Shown here in pieces: positions 41,493 to 50,898 of a stretch of DNA of 64,000 nt. Source of the DNA: Bacteriovoracia bacterium (GTDB taxonomy: Bacteria; Bdellovibrionota; UBA1018; CAIPTA01); assembly GCA_050246755.1 (NCBI GenBank), contig JBFWVL010000002.1, positions 328,207 to 392,206 on the forward strand, written 5' to 3'. The translations under genes and the position numbers were made by a program. Position 1 is the stretch's first letter. The number at the start of each line of letters is the position of its first letter. The notes beneath the pieces are model-generated. The model worked only from the letters and a program-made list of their open reading frames with translations. It was not told the DNA's origin and ran no database searches.

Positions 41493-42263
41493 CTAACTGT
41501 TCTCCGCCGATTTCGTGGCCAACAAATTCGGAGCGCGCTCCGTGATCAGCTTTCCTAAATACGCCTGGACCGCCGCCATCATCCCAAACTGGTAAGGCGC
41601 CAGACAAACACTCAGGCCTATGGCCACGTATTCCAGCCCCGAGAAGCGGAAGCTCAGCATGCGCACGGGAAAGAGCAGGAGCAGGCTAGGTGCCGCCTGC
41701 AACAACAGCGCCAGCAAGCATCCTTTCCAGATGGCACGGAAGGCTTTCCAGGAGTCCCGGGTAGAGTGATGGGAATGCCCGCGGGCGGCCACCAGGGCCG
41801 TGGCGCCATGATAGAGAACGAACCATACCGGAATAAAAATCACCACTAATCCGCCCGTGATTGAGGCGAAACGAATGGGATTCGTGATGCTCGTCATATA
41901 ATTCGTAAGCGCATAAGCAAAAGCGGGGATCAGGGTGAGGCAGGTGAGCGTGGCTACCTTGATCGACATCCAGGTCCAGGAGATGCCGAAATCCCAGAGT
42001 GAAGGCTGATGGCGGGCGAAGGAATTACGCAACTTATGCAAAACACTGAAAAGCAAAATCAGCGCGAGGGCGAAAAAGAAAAAACTCGCCAGGGTATACC
42101 CGAGAACCGCGAAAGATTCTTGGGAGGCCATTCCCGAATCGATGGCATTTTTTTTCGATTTGCTGAGTTCGCCGAATAATATCCCCACCGCCCAAAAGAA
42201 TGTGCCGAGGTAGTAGGCGGTTTGTTTCATTTCCAAGCGCAAAAAATCTAGGATGGACTTCAT
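41493..42263 (-). CDS. Hypothetical polytopic membrane protein
   Basis: About 6 hydrophobic segments. Confidence 0.55.
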   Translation of the reverse strand: MKSILDFLRLEMKQTAYYLGTFFWAVGILFGELSKSKKNAIDSGMASQESFAVLGYTLASFFFFALALILLFSVLHKLRNSFARHQPSLWDFGISWTWMSIKVATLTCLTLIPAFAYALTNYMTSITNPIRFASITGGLVVIFIPVWFVLYHGATALVAARGHSHHSTRDSWKAFRAIWKGCLLALLLQAAPSLLLLFPVRMLSFRFSGLEYVAIGLSVCLAPYQFGMMAAVQAYLGKLITERAPNLLATKSAENS

Positions 42264-42342
42264 TTCTTTCCCCAAGATGAAAAGGTTAGGGCGGGCGGTT
42301 CGCCTAAATTTTAGGCCGAAATAGCCGGGAAGGAAATCAATT

Positions 42343-45300
42343 TTAGAAAGAGTGAAAGTATTGAGTAGGCTCGATCACCAGGCGCGCTTGCTCGCGGTCT
42401 TTGCTCTCGGGCCATACGCTCTTCACGTCGGCCACCCATACGCTATAGGAATTGGTTTCTCGCTGGAGCTTGCCGGTCACCACGAGAAAGCAATTATCCA
42501 AAAAAGCATCCTTTACTCTTTCCCAGATATCAGGGGCGATCGCGATATCCAGAAAGCCGAACTCGTCCTCGAGAGTGCCGAAGGTCATGCCTTTCGCGGT
42601 GGGCGGCTGCTGGCGCACCAGTAATAAACCCGAAAATTTCACCTGCGTCCCGGGGCGCTGGAGCTTGGCGGTCTGGGTATTCAGCTTGGGCAGGGGCAAT
42701 ATTTTCCGCAGCGCCATCATGGGATGCCCGTGCGTGGAGAGCGAAAATGCATCATATTCTTCGAGAATTTTTTCGTAATCGCCGAGGGCATGGAATTTTG
42801 CCCCGCTTTCCTCCACATAACCGGAATCGAGGAATAAATCTCCCTGCACGCGGTCGCGGCGGCGCTGAAACTCGAGCACCTGCCAAAGCGCTTCGCGCGG
42901 AGGAAAGCCGAAGCATTCGAATGTCCCCCCCATGGCCAAACGCAGGAGCGCGTCTCGCCGCACAGGGGCGCGCTTAAGAAAATCCGCCAAGCCGGTAAAA
43001 GGGCGGAGGCTAAGGATTTTTTCGGCTTCCTCCCGGTGCATTCCCTTCACCATTTTCCAGCCTAAGCGCAGCGCACCGTTTTCGATGGTACTTTCCCAGG
43101 CGGAAGCATTCAAATGCACGGGCAATACCGTTACCCCCTGAAGCTTGGCGCTATCCACCAGGGTATGGGGAGAGTAAAATCCCATGGGCTGGGAGTTCAA
43201 AAGCCCGCAGGTGAATTCGGCGGGATGATGGCACTTTAAATAACAGGAAACATACGCCAAGAGCGCGAAGCTCGCCGCGTGGCTTTCCGGAAAACCGTAC
43301 TGCGCAAAGCCTTGGATCTGCTGAAAGATGCGGTCGCAAAACTCCTCCGATAAACCATTTTTTTTAAAGCCATCCTTTAAGCGCTGGCCCATCTTCGTGA
43401 TCGATCCTTCGGAACGCCAGGCCGCGATGGCGCGCCGAAGCTCATCGGCTTCGCCGGGAGTAAAGCCACCGAGCTCTACCGCCATCTTCATCACTTGTTC
43501 CTGGAAAAGCGGTACGCCGAGAGTTCGCCCCAAAATCGCGCGCAGGGCCGGGTGAGGGTAGTCTTCCTTTTCTTCTTTGCGGCGCCGGCGTAAATAGGGG
43601 TGCACCATTTTTCCCACGATGGGTCCCGGCCTCACGATCGCCACCTGGATCACCAGATCGTAAAATTTCTCCGGCAACAGCCTGCCCAGCATCGACATTT
43701 GCGCGCGGCTTTCAACCTGAAAGGTACCCACCGTATCGGCCATCTGGATCATCTTATAGGTTTTCGGGCATTCCTTGGGGAGCAAGTGCATTTCCGTTTT
43801 CACGAGCTTCAGGGTGCGCTGGATCGCGGTAAGCATCCCGAGCGAGAGCAAATCTACTTTTAGGAGGCCGAGAAAATCTAGGTCGTATTTATCCCACTGG
43901 ATGATGGTACGGTTCTCCATCCTCGCCGGCTCGATGGGCACGATCTCGATCAAGGGATCGGCCGAAAGGGTGAACCCCCCGCTGTGGATCGAAAGATGGC
44001 GCGGGAAGCCCGCCATTTCCTCCGAAAGCGCTTCCAGTAATTTCCTGGGCTCCTTAGTTTCGGTGTTCTGGGCGCGCTCGTCGAAAAACTTATTGAGCTT
44101 CTTGGCCGAGAGCGTCCCCACGTCGATGCCGAGAGCTTTGGCCAGTTCCCGGAAAGCCGAACGCCGGCGGTAGGTGATCACCGCACTCACCATGCCGGCG
44201 CGATCGCGCCCGTAACGCTCGTAAACGTACTGCAAAACTTCTTCACGTCTTTCGTGCTCGAAATCCACGTCGATATCGGGTGGCTCGTTCCGTTCCTCCG
44301 AGATAAAGCGCTCAAACAGCAAATTCATGTGAACGGGATCGATCGCGGTGATGCCGAGACAATAGCAAACCACGCTATTGGCGGCAGCACCCCGGCCCTG
44401 GCAGAGAATGTCTTTGGAGCGCGCAAATGCCACGATATCGTTAATGGTGAGAAAATAATCGGGAAAGCCAAGTTTCTCGATCAGGCGAAGCTCATGTTTC
44501 ATCTGCGCGCTCACGGCATCTGGTATCCCATTGGGATATCGCTCTTGCGCTCCCTTCCGGGTGAGATGCTCGAGGTAGGACTGCGCCGTATGCGATTGCG
44601 GAATCCATTCCGAGGGATAACGGTATTTCAACTCCGAAGGGCAAAAGGTGCATTGTCCGGCGATTTCAATCGTGGCCTCGACGGCTTCCGGCAGATCCGA
44701 AAAAAGTGCCCGCATTTCGGCGCAGGACTTCAGCCTCCTTTCGCCGTTGGGGAAAAGCTTATGCCCTAATTTCTGCAAAGACGCATTCTCGCGCACGGCG
44801 GTGAGCGCGTCCTGAAGGGGCTGCCGCGCGCTCTCGTGGTAGTGCACGTCGTTCGTGGCTACGATGGGCACGCTCCAGCGGTCGCGTATCCAGATGGCTT
44901 TTTCGGTATTTTCTTTTTCGAATCCATCGCGTAACCGATGGAGGGTCACGTAGAGGCGGGAAAAGAGTGGGCGCAGCCGTAAAAAATCCGCCGTGAGCGG
45001 AGCCAAGGCGAATAAACCTTCCGCCGCCTCCGGAAATGCATTCAGCAGCGCGCGCAATTCTTCGAAACGCAGCGCGGCCTTTCCTTTCTCCTTTCCGGCA
45101 TGGCTGGCGGTGAGGATACGGCAAAGCAAGCCATAAGCCTTACGGTCACGGGCGAGAAGAGTGAGCCGCGACGAATTTTCCAGGGAGAGGCTGGCTCCCG
45201 ATATCAATTTTAGGTCGGGGTATTTCTTTTTTTCCCAGAATGCTTTCGGGATGCCGTACACGCCGTCGAAATCGTTCAGCGCAATGGCGGATAAGCCGAG

Positions 45301-45387
45301 CTCCGCCGCTTTAATGATCAGCTCCTCCGGAGAGGAAGCTCCGCGCAGAAAAGAAAAATTCGTCTTTACCTCGAGCTCGGCGTACAT
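42343..45387 (-). CDS. dnaE2: Error-prone DNA polymerase DnaE2 (ImuC)
   Basis: YAEL..TNFSFLRGAS, GRGAAANS, PPDIDVDFEHERRE, GFPESHA, LLNSQPMGFY, RQQPPTAKG. Confidence 0.96.
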   Translation of the reverse strand: MYAELEVKTNFSFLRGASSPEELIIKAAELGLSAIALNDFDGVYGIPKAFWEKKKYPDLKLISGASLSLENSSRLTLLARDRKAYGLLCRILTASHAGKEKGKAALRFEELRALLNAFPEAAEGLFALAPLTADFLRLRPLFSRLYVTLHRLRDGFEKENTEKAIWIRDRWSVPIVATNDVHYHESARQPLQDALTAVRENASLQKLGHKLFPNGERRLKSCAEMRALFSDLPEAVEATIEIAGQCTFCPSELKYRYPSEWIPQSHTAQSYLEHLTRKGAQERYPNGIPDAVSAQMKHELRLIEKLGFPDYFLTINDIVAFARSKDILCQGRGAAANSVVCYCLGITAIDPVHMNLLFERFISEERNEPPDIDVDFEHERREEVLQYVYERYGRDRAGMVSAVITYRRRSAFRELAKALGIDVGTLSAKKLNKFFDERAQNTETKEPRKLLEALSEEMAGFPRHLSIHSGGFTLSADPLIEIVPIEPARMENRTIIQWDKYDLDFLGLLKVDLLSLGMLTAIQRTLKLVKTEMHLLPKECPKTYKMIQMADTVGTFQVESRAQMSMLGRLLPEKFYDLVIQVAIVRPGPIVGKMVHPYLRRRRKEEKEDYPHPALRAILGRTLGVPLFQEQVMKMAVELGGFTPGEADELRRAIAAWRSEGSITKMGQRLKDGFKKNGLSEEFCDRIFQQIQGFAQYGFPESHAASFALLAYVSCYLKCHHPAEFTCGLLNSQPMGFYSPHTLVDSAKLQGVTVLPVHLNASAWESTIENGALRLGWKMVKGMHREEAEKILSLRPFTGLADFLKRAPVRRDALLRLAMGGTFECFGFPPREALWQVLEFQRRRDRVQGDLFLDSGYVEESGAKFHALGDYEKILEEYDAFSLSTHGHPMMALRKILPLPKLNTQTAKLQRPGTQVKFSGLLLVRQQPPTAKGMTFGTLEDEFGFLDIAIAPDIWERVKDAFLDNCFLVVTGKLQRETNSYSVWVADVKSVWPESKDREQARLVIEPTQYFHSF

Positions 45388-46652
45388 CAGTCGAAAATCC
45401 CGTGCAAAAAAAGCTCGGTCTCGTTGAAATGGCGGAATACCCATAGCCGTTCTCCCGCCAAAGTATCCACACAAAAATACTCCCGGGAAAATCCCCCGAG
45501 CCACCATTCTCCGCGCAACTTCTCCGGCCCCTCAAAAGCCAGGATCCCCCAAGAACGATTCTGGCAACGCAAAAAATTTCCGTCGCGGCGGATCGGAAGG
45601 GGCTTAGCCAATAAGCGCAGAGGGCGTAACGGCACATGGGGCAAGAGCTCGCCTTTCCCGGGTTCCAGCGATTTTTTCCAGGCCGCTTCGGGTAATAAAC
45701 GAGGGGAGGGCGCCGCCAGAAAAGCCGCATTTTCACCCAGCCTTTCGCTCAGTCTGGCCACGAGCGAAGCCCAGGCTTCTTTTTCTTCTTCTACTTTGGA
45801 AAAAAAGTCTCGCTGTGCATTGCGGAAGGGGGCCGTTTCGATAATTTCGATCGCAACCTCTTCCAGCGCATCTTCTAGCGGCCGGCTTTCCAGCTCCTTG
45901 GCGATTCTATCCTGCAAAAACTGCAGTACTCCTTTCGGATCCGATTGGGGCAAGGGCAGCCTCACTTCCAGCAGACGCTCGCGGGATCCGTTACGCGCCA
46001 GGCGGTTGAGCCGAAAACGCAATCGAAATGCCATTAGCATCTCGGCCCTCGCGAAAAGGCGGATAAATACGCGGTCGATCAATCCTTTGAGAATAAAGAA
46101 AATAGGCTCGAGATTTTCGATCTGGGCCGCGAAATCCAGCTCCGTTTTCTCTTCGATTTTTGCGGAAGGCACGAATCGGGGCCAGGCGATACGTTTAGCC
46201 TCGAACACCTTAGCGTATGCCCGCGCGCCCTCCTTGCCGAAACGTGCCGGGATTTCCTTAAGCGGTACGGCCAAAAATTCACCCAGAGTTTTTATGCCAA
46301 GCTTGCGCAGGATGGCACCCGGGGAAAAATCGCTGGGCGTAAACGGAGAAAGATAATCGCGAAGAGCATCCACGGGCAGATTTTCCCGCGCGGTAATTCC
46401 GTAGCGCGCAAAGGCCAGCGAAGAAGGTAAATCACCGGCGCTGCTGATCGTGGCGGCGAGCTGGAAAGCGCCGAGGATTTCTTGCAGCCTCGCAAAACAT
46501 TGCTCGAGAGAAAAAAGCCCTAGGGAACCAGAAACCTCCACGAAAACCGCTTCGTGGGATACGGCTACTTGCGGGCTAAACGCCAAGCAGGCCTCCGCCA
46601 AGGCCGGAAGCCGGGAAAAATTTTCGCGCAGCAGGAGGCAAACCACCACCAT
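45387..46652 (-). CDS. imuB: ImuB-like inactive Y-family polymerase
   Basis: FSPQV, EVSGS..LF, LGIKTLGEF...RFG, LVARLSERLG, RPLRLL, GPEKLRGEWW, LHGIFD; TGATG coupling to dnaE2. Confidence 0.85.
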   Translation of the reverse strand: MVVVCLLLRENFSRLPALAEACLAFSPQVAVSHEAVFVEVSGSLGLFSLEQCFARLQEILGAFQLAATISSAGDLPSSLAFARYGITARENLPVDALRDYLSPFTPSDFSPGAILRKLGIKTLGEFLAVPLKEIPARFGKEGARAYAKVFEAKRIAWPRFVPSAKIEEKTELDFAAQIENLEPIFFILKGLIDRVFIRLFARAEMLMAFRLRFRLNRLARNGSRERLLEVRLPLPQSDPKGVLQFLQDRIAKELESRPLEDALEEVAIEIIETAPFRNAQRDFFSKVEEEKEAWASLVARLSERLGENAAFLAAPSPRLLPEAAWKKSLEPGKGELLPHVPLRPLRLLAKPLPIRRDGNFLRCQNRSWGILAFEGPEKLRGEWWLGGFSREYFCVDTLAGERLWVFRHFNETELFLHGIFD

Positions 46653-46653
46653 T

Positions 46654-47160
46654 TCACTTTTGCCGCAGAACGAAGAGCTTCCGTTCGCGCACCTCCAGCG
46701 AAAGGGCGATCGGCCAGGCGGCGAGGGGTTTTTTTCGCGCCAAGAGAATTACGGTGGCCTCGGCCTTTTCGGCCAATAGCTGAAAGCGCCTCAACTGCCG
46801 CTCGTCCTCGCGGTAGGGCGCGTGGAATACGAGGATCGGGAATAAGCGGCTGCGGAGGATGGTGGCCGCGGCCCACGCCGCATCCTTTCCAGCCTCAACA
46901 AAAAATGTGTTCTCGAGCTTTCTCTTTCTCTGAAAGAGGGCGGGCGGATAGAGGGAAAATTCACTCTCGATCCAGGCGGCCGGTACCTCGGAATTCTCCG
47001 CGAGAAAATGCGCCACGTTCTCGGTTTTCCCCTGACCCGAAACTTCCACCAGCACGCCTTTCGGCAAGCCTCCCGCCAAAAGCGAGTAAGGATGGGTTTC
47101 GCTGCGGGAGAGTTTCTTGAGGGCGCCGATGCGCGCGCGCAGCTCTTGTAGAGCGGACAT
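46654..47160 (-). CDS. imuA: ImuA-like RecA-fold protein
   Basis: GGLPKGVLVEVSGQGKT, YPPAL, LRRFQLLAE; RBS GGAG before ATG 47160 (alternative start 47217). Confidence 0.8.
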   Translation of the reverse strand: MSALQELRARIGALKKLSRSETHPYSLLAGGLPKGVLVEVSGQGKTENVAHFLAENSEVPAAWIESEFSLYPPALFQRKRKLENTFFVEAGKDAAWAAATILRSRLFPILVFHAPYREDERQLRRFQLLAEKAEATVILLARKKPLAAWPIALSLEVRERKLFVLRQK

Positions 47161-47240
47161 CCAGTCTCCAGCGCCCAATGGGGGCGAATTAAGTGGGTGA
47201 TAAGCAGAGGGATCCATTCGCAGCGATGAACCACCCCTTA

Positions 47241-47270
47241 AGCATAATAGTACATTTGTAGTACAGTCAA
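47241..47270 (-). promoter_or_regulatory. imuA-imuB-dnaE2 promoter with candidate LexA operator
   Basis: TTGACT(47265-47270)-18-TATGCT(47241-47246); GTAC-N7-GTAC at 47250-47264. Confidence 0.7.
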
Positions 47271-47389
47271 GGGCATTCCATAGATGAGCTCAATATTTTC
47301 CTTACAATAAGGAAAGCAGGTATCTAAATCCGCGAAATATTTTAGACTATTCAGGAGAGCTCCCCCCGATAGAAAATTTTGGAGTATCG

Positions 47390-47878
47390 ATGAAACTCAC
47401 CCTAACTCTTTTGGTTCTTACCTATTTTTTGAGCCCCCATGCGGAAGCTGGCTGCATGCCTGGAACCGAAGGCGCCTGCGGCGATCAAAATATCTGCGTT
47501 TCTGATCAGCCCACCGCAAAAAGCGGCCGTGGCGATAATAATAAGTGCCTGCCGGCAAAAGTATGCGGCGCGCTCCGCATGATCGCCAAAGAGTTCGGGA
47601 AAGTAGAGATCGCTTCCGCCATGCGCGTAAATAACGCCCGTCGCGGTGGCGCAAAAAATTCTTGGCATAAAACCTGTAACGCCGCCGATTTCTTGGTACC
47701 CAACCACCAGAGCAAAGCCACCCAGCAAAAATTGGCTAAGCTCATGATGGGCATCAATGGGATAGGCAAGAACGTCTACTGCACCGGGCGCTCCCACGTG
47801 AGCATTTCGCCCCGGGAATATTTCTACAGCAGCTGCGTGGCCGGCGGAAAAAAGCGCGCAAAAAGAAAACACCGTTAA
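47390..47878 (+). CDS. Secreted Cys-rich M15A-like Zn peptidase (cassette 2, gene A)
   Basis: Signal peptide AEA; SAMR..N.RRGGAKNSWH-x6-D, RSHV; 8 Cys; basic tail. Confidence 0.7.
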   Translation: MKLTLTLLVLTYFLSPHAEAGCMPGTEGACGDQNICVSDQPTAKSGRGDNNKCLPAKVCGALRMIAKEFGKVEIASAMRVNNARRGGAKNSWHKTCNAADFLVPNHQSKATQQKLAKLMMGINGIGKNVYCTGRSHVSISPREYFYSSCVAGGKKRAKRKHR

Positions 47879-47890
47879 GCAGGAGGAAAA

Positions 47891-48586
47891 ATGCACTACC
47901 TATTCATGCTAGCCCTCTTATCCGGCACCCAAGCCCTCGCCGCTAAAGATTATTCCAAGCTGCCCAAAAGTTTTTGCGAGCCCGTGACCAGAATCGCGTC
48001 CGCGGTGGAAGATTGCGAAGGCAACGATCTCTTCCTGCAAAAAGGCGAAGACTGCCTAGACCTACTGGATAAAGAATCCAAGACCGTGGCCGGCATCCTA
48101 CCCGCCGCCTTTTCGAAAGACCTCACCCAAAAGCAGGGAGCGAAATTCGACTCCTCCGGCAAGGACTATAAAGTAACCTCTCTTTCCCTCGCGTACCTGA
48201 TCGCCGTTACGAACACGGCGATAGCGGAAATCAAATCCTACCAAGAAAATTTAGTGCTGCCTCCAGACAGCGACGAGGAAGAAGTTACCGGAGGCAATGT
48301 GCAAGCCTACGCGATGAGCGTGGACTGCTACGGCGCGAATAAGGAAAATCTCGACAGCCTGCTCGAAGATTTCGATAAGCGCCTGAAGCAGCTTCAAGGC
48401 GCTAAGGCCATCGCCGACGCTCACGACTCCACCTCAGGCTCCCGCGAGCAAAAAGTGCAGATGAATTCCGGCACCGATATTATTCGGGGCCAGGGTAAAG
48501 CCGCCGTACTGCCCAAGGGTGGAATTCCGGAAAATCGAGATTCCGACGTTTCGGGAATCAAAGAGAGCAAAGAAAAGAAAAAATAA
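47891..48586 (+). CDS. Secreted partner protein (cassette 2, gene B)
   Basis: RBS AGGAGG; C-x12-C-x12-C; DCY; NRDSDVSG...KK. Confidence 0.75.
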   Translation: MHYLFMLALLSGTQALAAKDYSKLPKSFCEPVTRIASAVEDCEGNDLFLQKGEDCLDLLDKESKTVAGILPAAFSKDLTQKQGAKFDSSGKDYKVTSLSLAYLIAVTNTAIAEIKSYQENLVLPPDSDEEEVTGGNVQAYAMSVDCYGANKENLDSLLEDFDKRLKQLQGAKAIADAHDSTSGSREQKVQMNSGTDIIRGQGKAAVLPKGGIPENRDSDVSGIKESKEKKK

Positions 48587-48589
48587 AGA

Positions 48590-50137
48590 TCAGCCCTGAA
48601 GCGCTTTTAGGGTACGTAACACTATAGGCTCTTCCATCTTCAGCGTTTCCAGCTCGCCGAATAGTGCATAGCAAATATCTTCGTAGGAAAAGGAGTTTTC
48701 CCCGTTTTGCTCCAGCAGGGCCTGCACGTAGCGGATGGAGCGGTCGATGAGCTTATTATTGCTCGGCTTCACCCAGGTCATTAGATTCCCTTCATAGCGC
48801 CCGAGCCGCGCCATCAGAAGGGAAGAGTGCGTATTCAACAAAAGCTTCAGGTAAATATGCTCAAAGAGCGGATGCAGCTTTTCTACGCTGAAAGAAGTTT
48901 CTCCCGCCGGGGAACGCCAAACCATATTTCCGCCTTCGCGGGTGATCGAAAATATTTCTTGCCGCTTGCCGTTCAGGCGCTTCACGCGCTGCTCGCGGGC
49001 ATTGCGACTGAAATCATACCCACGCAGGCGCGGCCAGTTCGACACGGCGGCCAGCTCGTCCCATTCGAGAGGAATAGGCTCGCGCAGCAAGAGCTCTTTC
49101 CAGGCGCTCATTACGTCGGCGGCTTTCGGGAAACTCAAATAGGCCAATGCGGGGGCCGCGTCTTGGTCCAAAAGGTTCTCCACGGGCACGAGGCTAAAGG
49201 TGGGAGAACGCTCAGTGGTGTCGGTAAAGATCGTGATGCCGTAGCGATCGGTCTCATAGAGCGTATATCCGCCCGCCAAGTAGAGGGCCGCTTCCCATTC
49301 GATATACTTCTGCACCGAAGCTAAGGGAGCCTTACGATAAAAGTCCACGAAAGGCGCGAGGTCCAAAAGCTTTTTTGGATTTTTTGGATCGGCGAAAAGC
49401 GCCACACCCGCGGCCAGCATCAAAACCGTGCTCGCCTGCAAGCGCGTGCTCCCCGAGATCGCCATTGGCCCCGTGAGAATCGGAATCGTGCGCAGGGCGG
49501 GATTATTTAGGAAGCGGCGGCAACGCTCGAGCCGCTCCGCCAACAGCGCGGGCGGATTACAAAATAAAACGTAGTGGGGTGCGCGGGAAATGCGCGCGGC
49601 CTCTTCCACCGCCCCAATGACCGAGGGAGTTTCGCCGCCTTCCGTGGTGGCGATCATCAAATCGCCCTCGCTAAAACCCAGCTCCCTCACCTGGCGTGCG
49701 CCGAAATCCGGATGATCCTCAAAATTCTCGATCGAACGCACCAGGGCAATATCCCCGCCCGACATAAAGGAAACCAAGCGATCCGCATCTTTGCTTCCCT
49801 GGTGCACAAAGCGCCAGATCACCTCGAGGGAAAGCGATAGTCTTCCGGTGGCTCCGCAGCCATAAAAAAACACTCTTTTACCCTTCGCGAAAGTGGCGTG
49901 AATGGCCTCGGCCATTTTTTCGAGCTCGGCCCGTTTTTCGAGAATCTTTTCCATGGCTGCTAAATCCACGGCGCGGAAAATTTCCATGGCCTCGGGAAGA
50001 TTGTCTTTCGCCAGGGAAGATAATTGCAGCGTGGCCGGGTGCTGGCTTTCGGTAGGCAGAGAACCCAAGCGAAACTGGGGAGCGATTTTCAGAAAATCGT
50101 CGGCTTTCTTTCGGGCTTCCGGGCTCACCTTAGGCAT
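48590..50137 (-). CDS. Long MurQ/GKRP-like SIS-domain protein
   Basis: LPTE..HP, GCGATGRL, SGGD.AL..IENFED, GSTRLQA, KLLLN..S..MARLG..GNLM..V..SN.KL.DR. Confidence 0.75.
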   Translation of the reverse strand: MPKVSPEARKKADDFLKIAPQFRLGSLPTESQHPATLQLSSLAKDNLPEAMEIFRAVDLAAMEKILEKRAELEKMAEAIHATFAKGKRVFFYGCGATGRLSLSLEVIWRFVHQGSKDADRLVSFMSGGDIALVRSIENFEDHPDFGARQVRELGFSEGDLMIATTEGGETPSVIGAVEEAARISRAPHYVLFCNPPALLAERLERCRRFLNNPALRTIPILTGPMAISGSTRLQASTVLMLAAGVALFADPKNPKKLLDLAPFVDFYRKAPLASVQKYIEWEAALYLAGGYTLYETDRYGITIFTDTTERSPTFSLVPVENLLDQDAAPALAYLSFPKAADVMSAWKELLLREPIPLEWDELAAVSNWPRLRGYDFSRNAREQRVKRLNGKRQEIFSITREGGNMVWRSPAGETSFSVEKLHPLFEHIYLKLLLNTHSSLLMARLGRYEGNLMTWVKPSNNKLIDRSIRYVQALLEQNGENSFSYEDICYALFGELETLKMEEPIVLRTLKALQG

Positions 50138-50424
50138 GACCTAAGTGTAAGCGATTTTTGGGCTCTTTGTTAGGCCTGGCCCGTGACGCCCCGCCGCCAC
50201 CATAAAATTAAATAAATATTATTTTTAAGGCGCTATTTAGCTGGGGCGCCCACCCTCGGCGATTTTTTAAAGCGAAGAATTTGCCAATTAAATTAAGCAC
50301 TTGCATACACGCCACCGGATCGGCATGCGCAAGTAAAATAGATTTTCAGTCGATAAAGCCACACGACGATAAATTTCCTGAAAAACCCTCGTCGAGATGC
50401 AAGAATATTAGTGAGGAATCCCCG

Positions 50425-50868
50425 ATGCCCAACTTCAAATCCTTTACGTTTCTCTTGTTTTCTTTTCTTCTCGTATGCCTAGTGGTTGAACAGGATGCGT
50501 GGGCAAGAAGAAAAAGACGCGGGCACCGCTATTTAGGCCGGCAAGGCGTGGCCTGCGTGGAATTCGCAACTCCACCAAAATGCGATATTCCCGCCTCCCG
50601 GGTTAAACAGTCCAACGGAGAGTTTCGCCTAAATCAGCAGCTTTGCGGAATGGTAAAAGCCCATCTTCAAAAACAGCCCAGCTGCTTTTTTACGATCGGC
50701 TATCGCAGCTGTAAAACCAATAGTGGTATCCGTGGAGCTGCACGTAGATCCCGCCACCTATGTGGTAAGGCCGCGGACGTAAGAAAAGGCACCTGCAGTC
50801 TCGGCCAAGTTCACACCAAAGGAAGCGCCGTACACCAGCACTTTTCACCCTTAGGGCCTTGCCAATAA
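50425..50868 (+). CDS. Secreted Cys-rich M15A-like Zn peptidase (cassette 3, gene A)
   Basis: Signal peptide AWA; GYRSCKTN...GAARRSRH-x6-D, HQHF; 8 Cys in the mature part. Confidence 0.7.
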   Translation: MPNFKSFTFLLFSFLLVCLVVEQDAWARRKRRGHRYLGRQGVACVEFATPPKCDIPASRVKQSNGEFRLNQQLCGMVKAHLQKQPSCFFTIGYRSCKTNSGIRGAARRSRHLCGKAADVRKGTCSLGQVHTKGSAVHQHFSPLGPCQ

Positions 50869-50898
50869 ATTATAAATATTTAAAAATAGGACCCCCGA

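Noticed and set aside
45424-46356. 310-aa plus-strand ORF and other long antisense ORFs (8546-9364, 9310-10089, 15310-16047, 16431-17438, 62984-63760)
   Set aside because: They lie opposite well-supported genes and show no recognisable motifs
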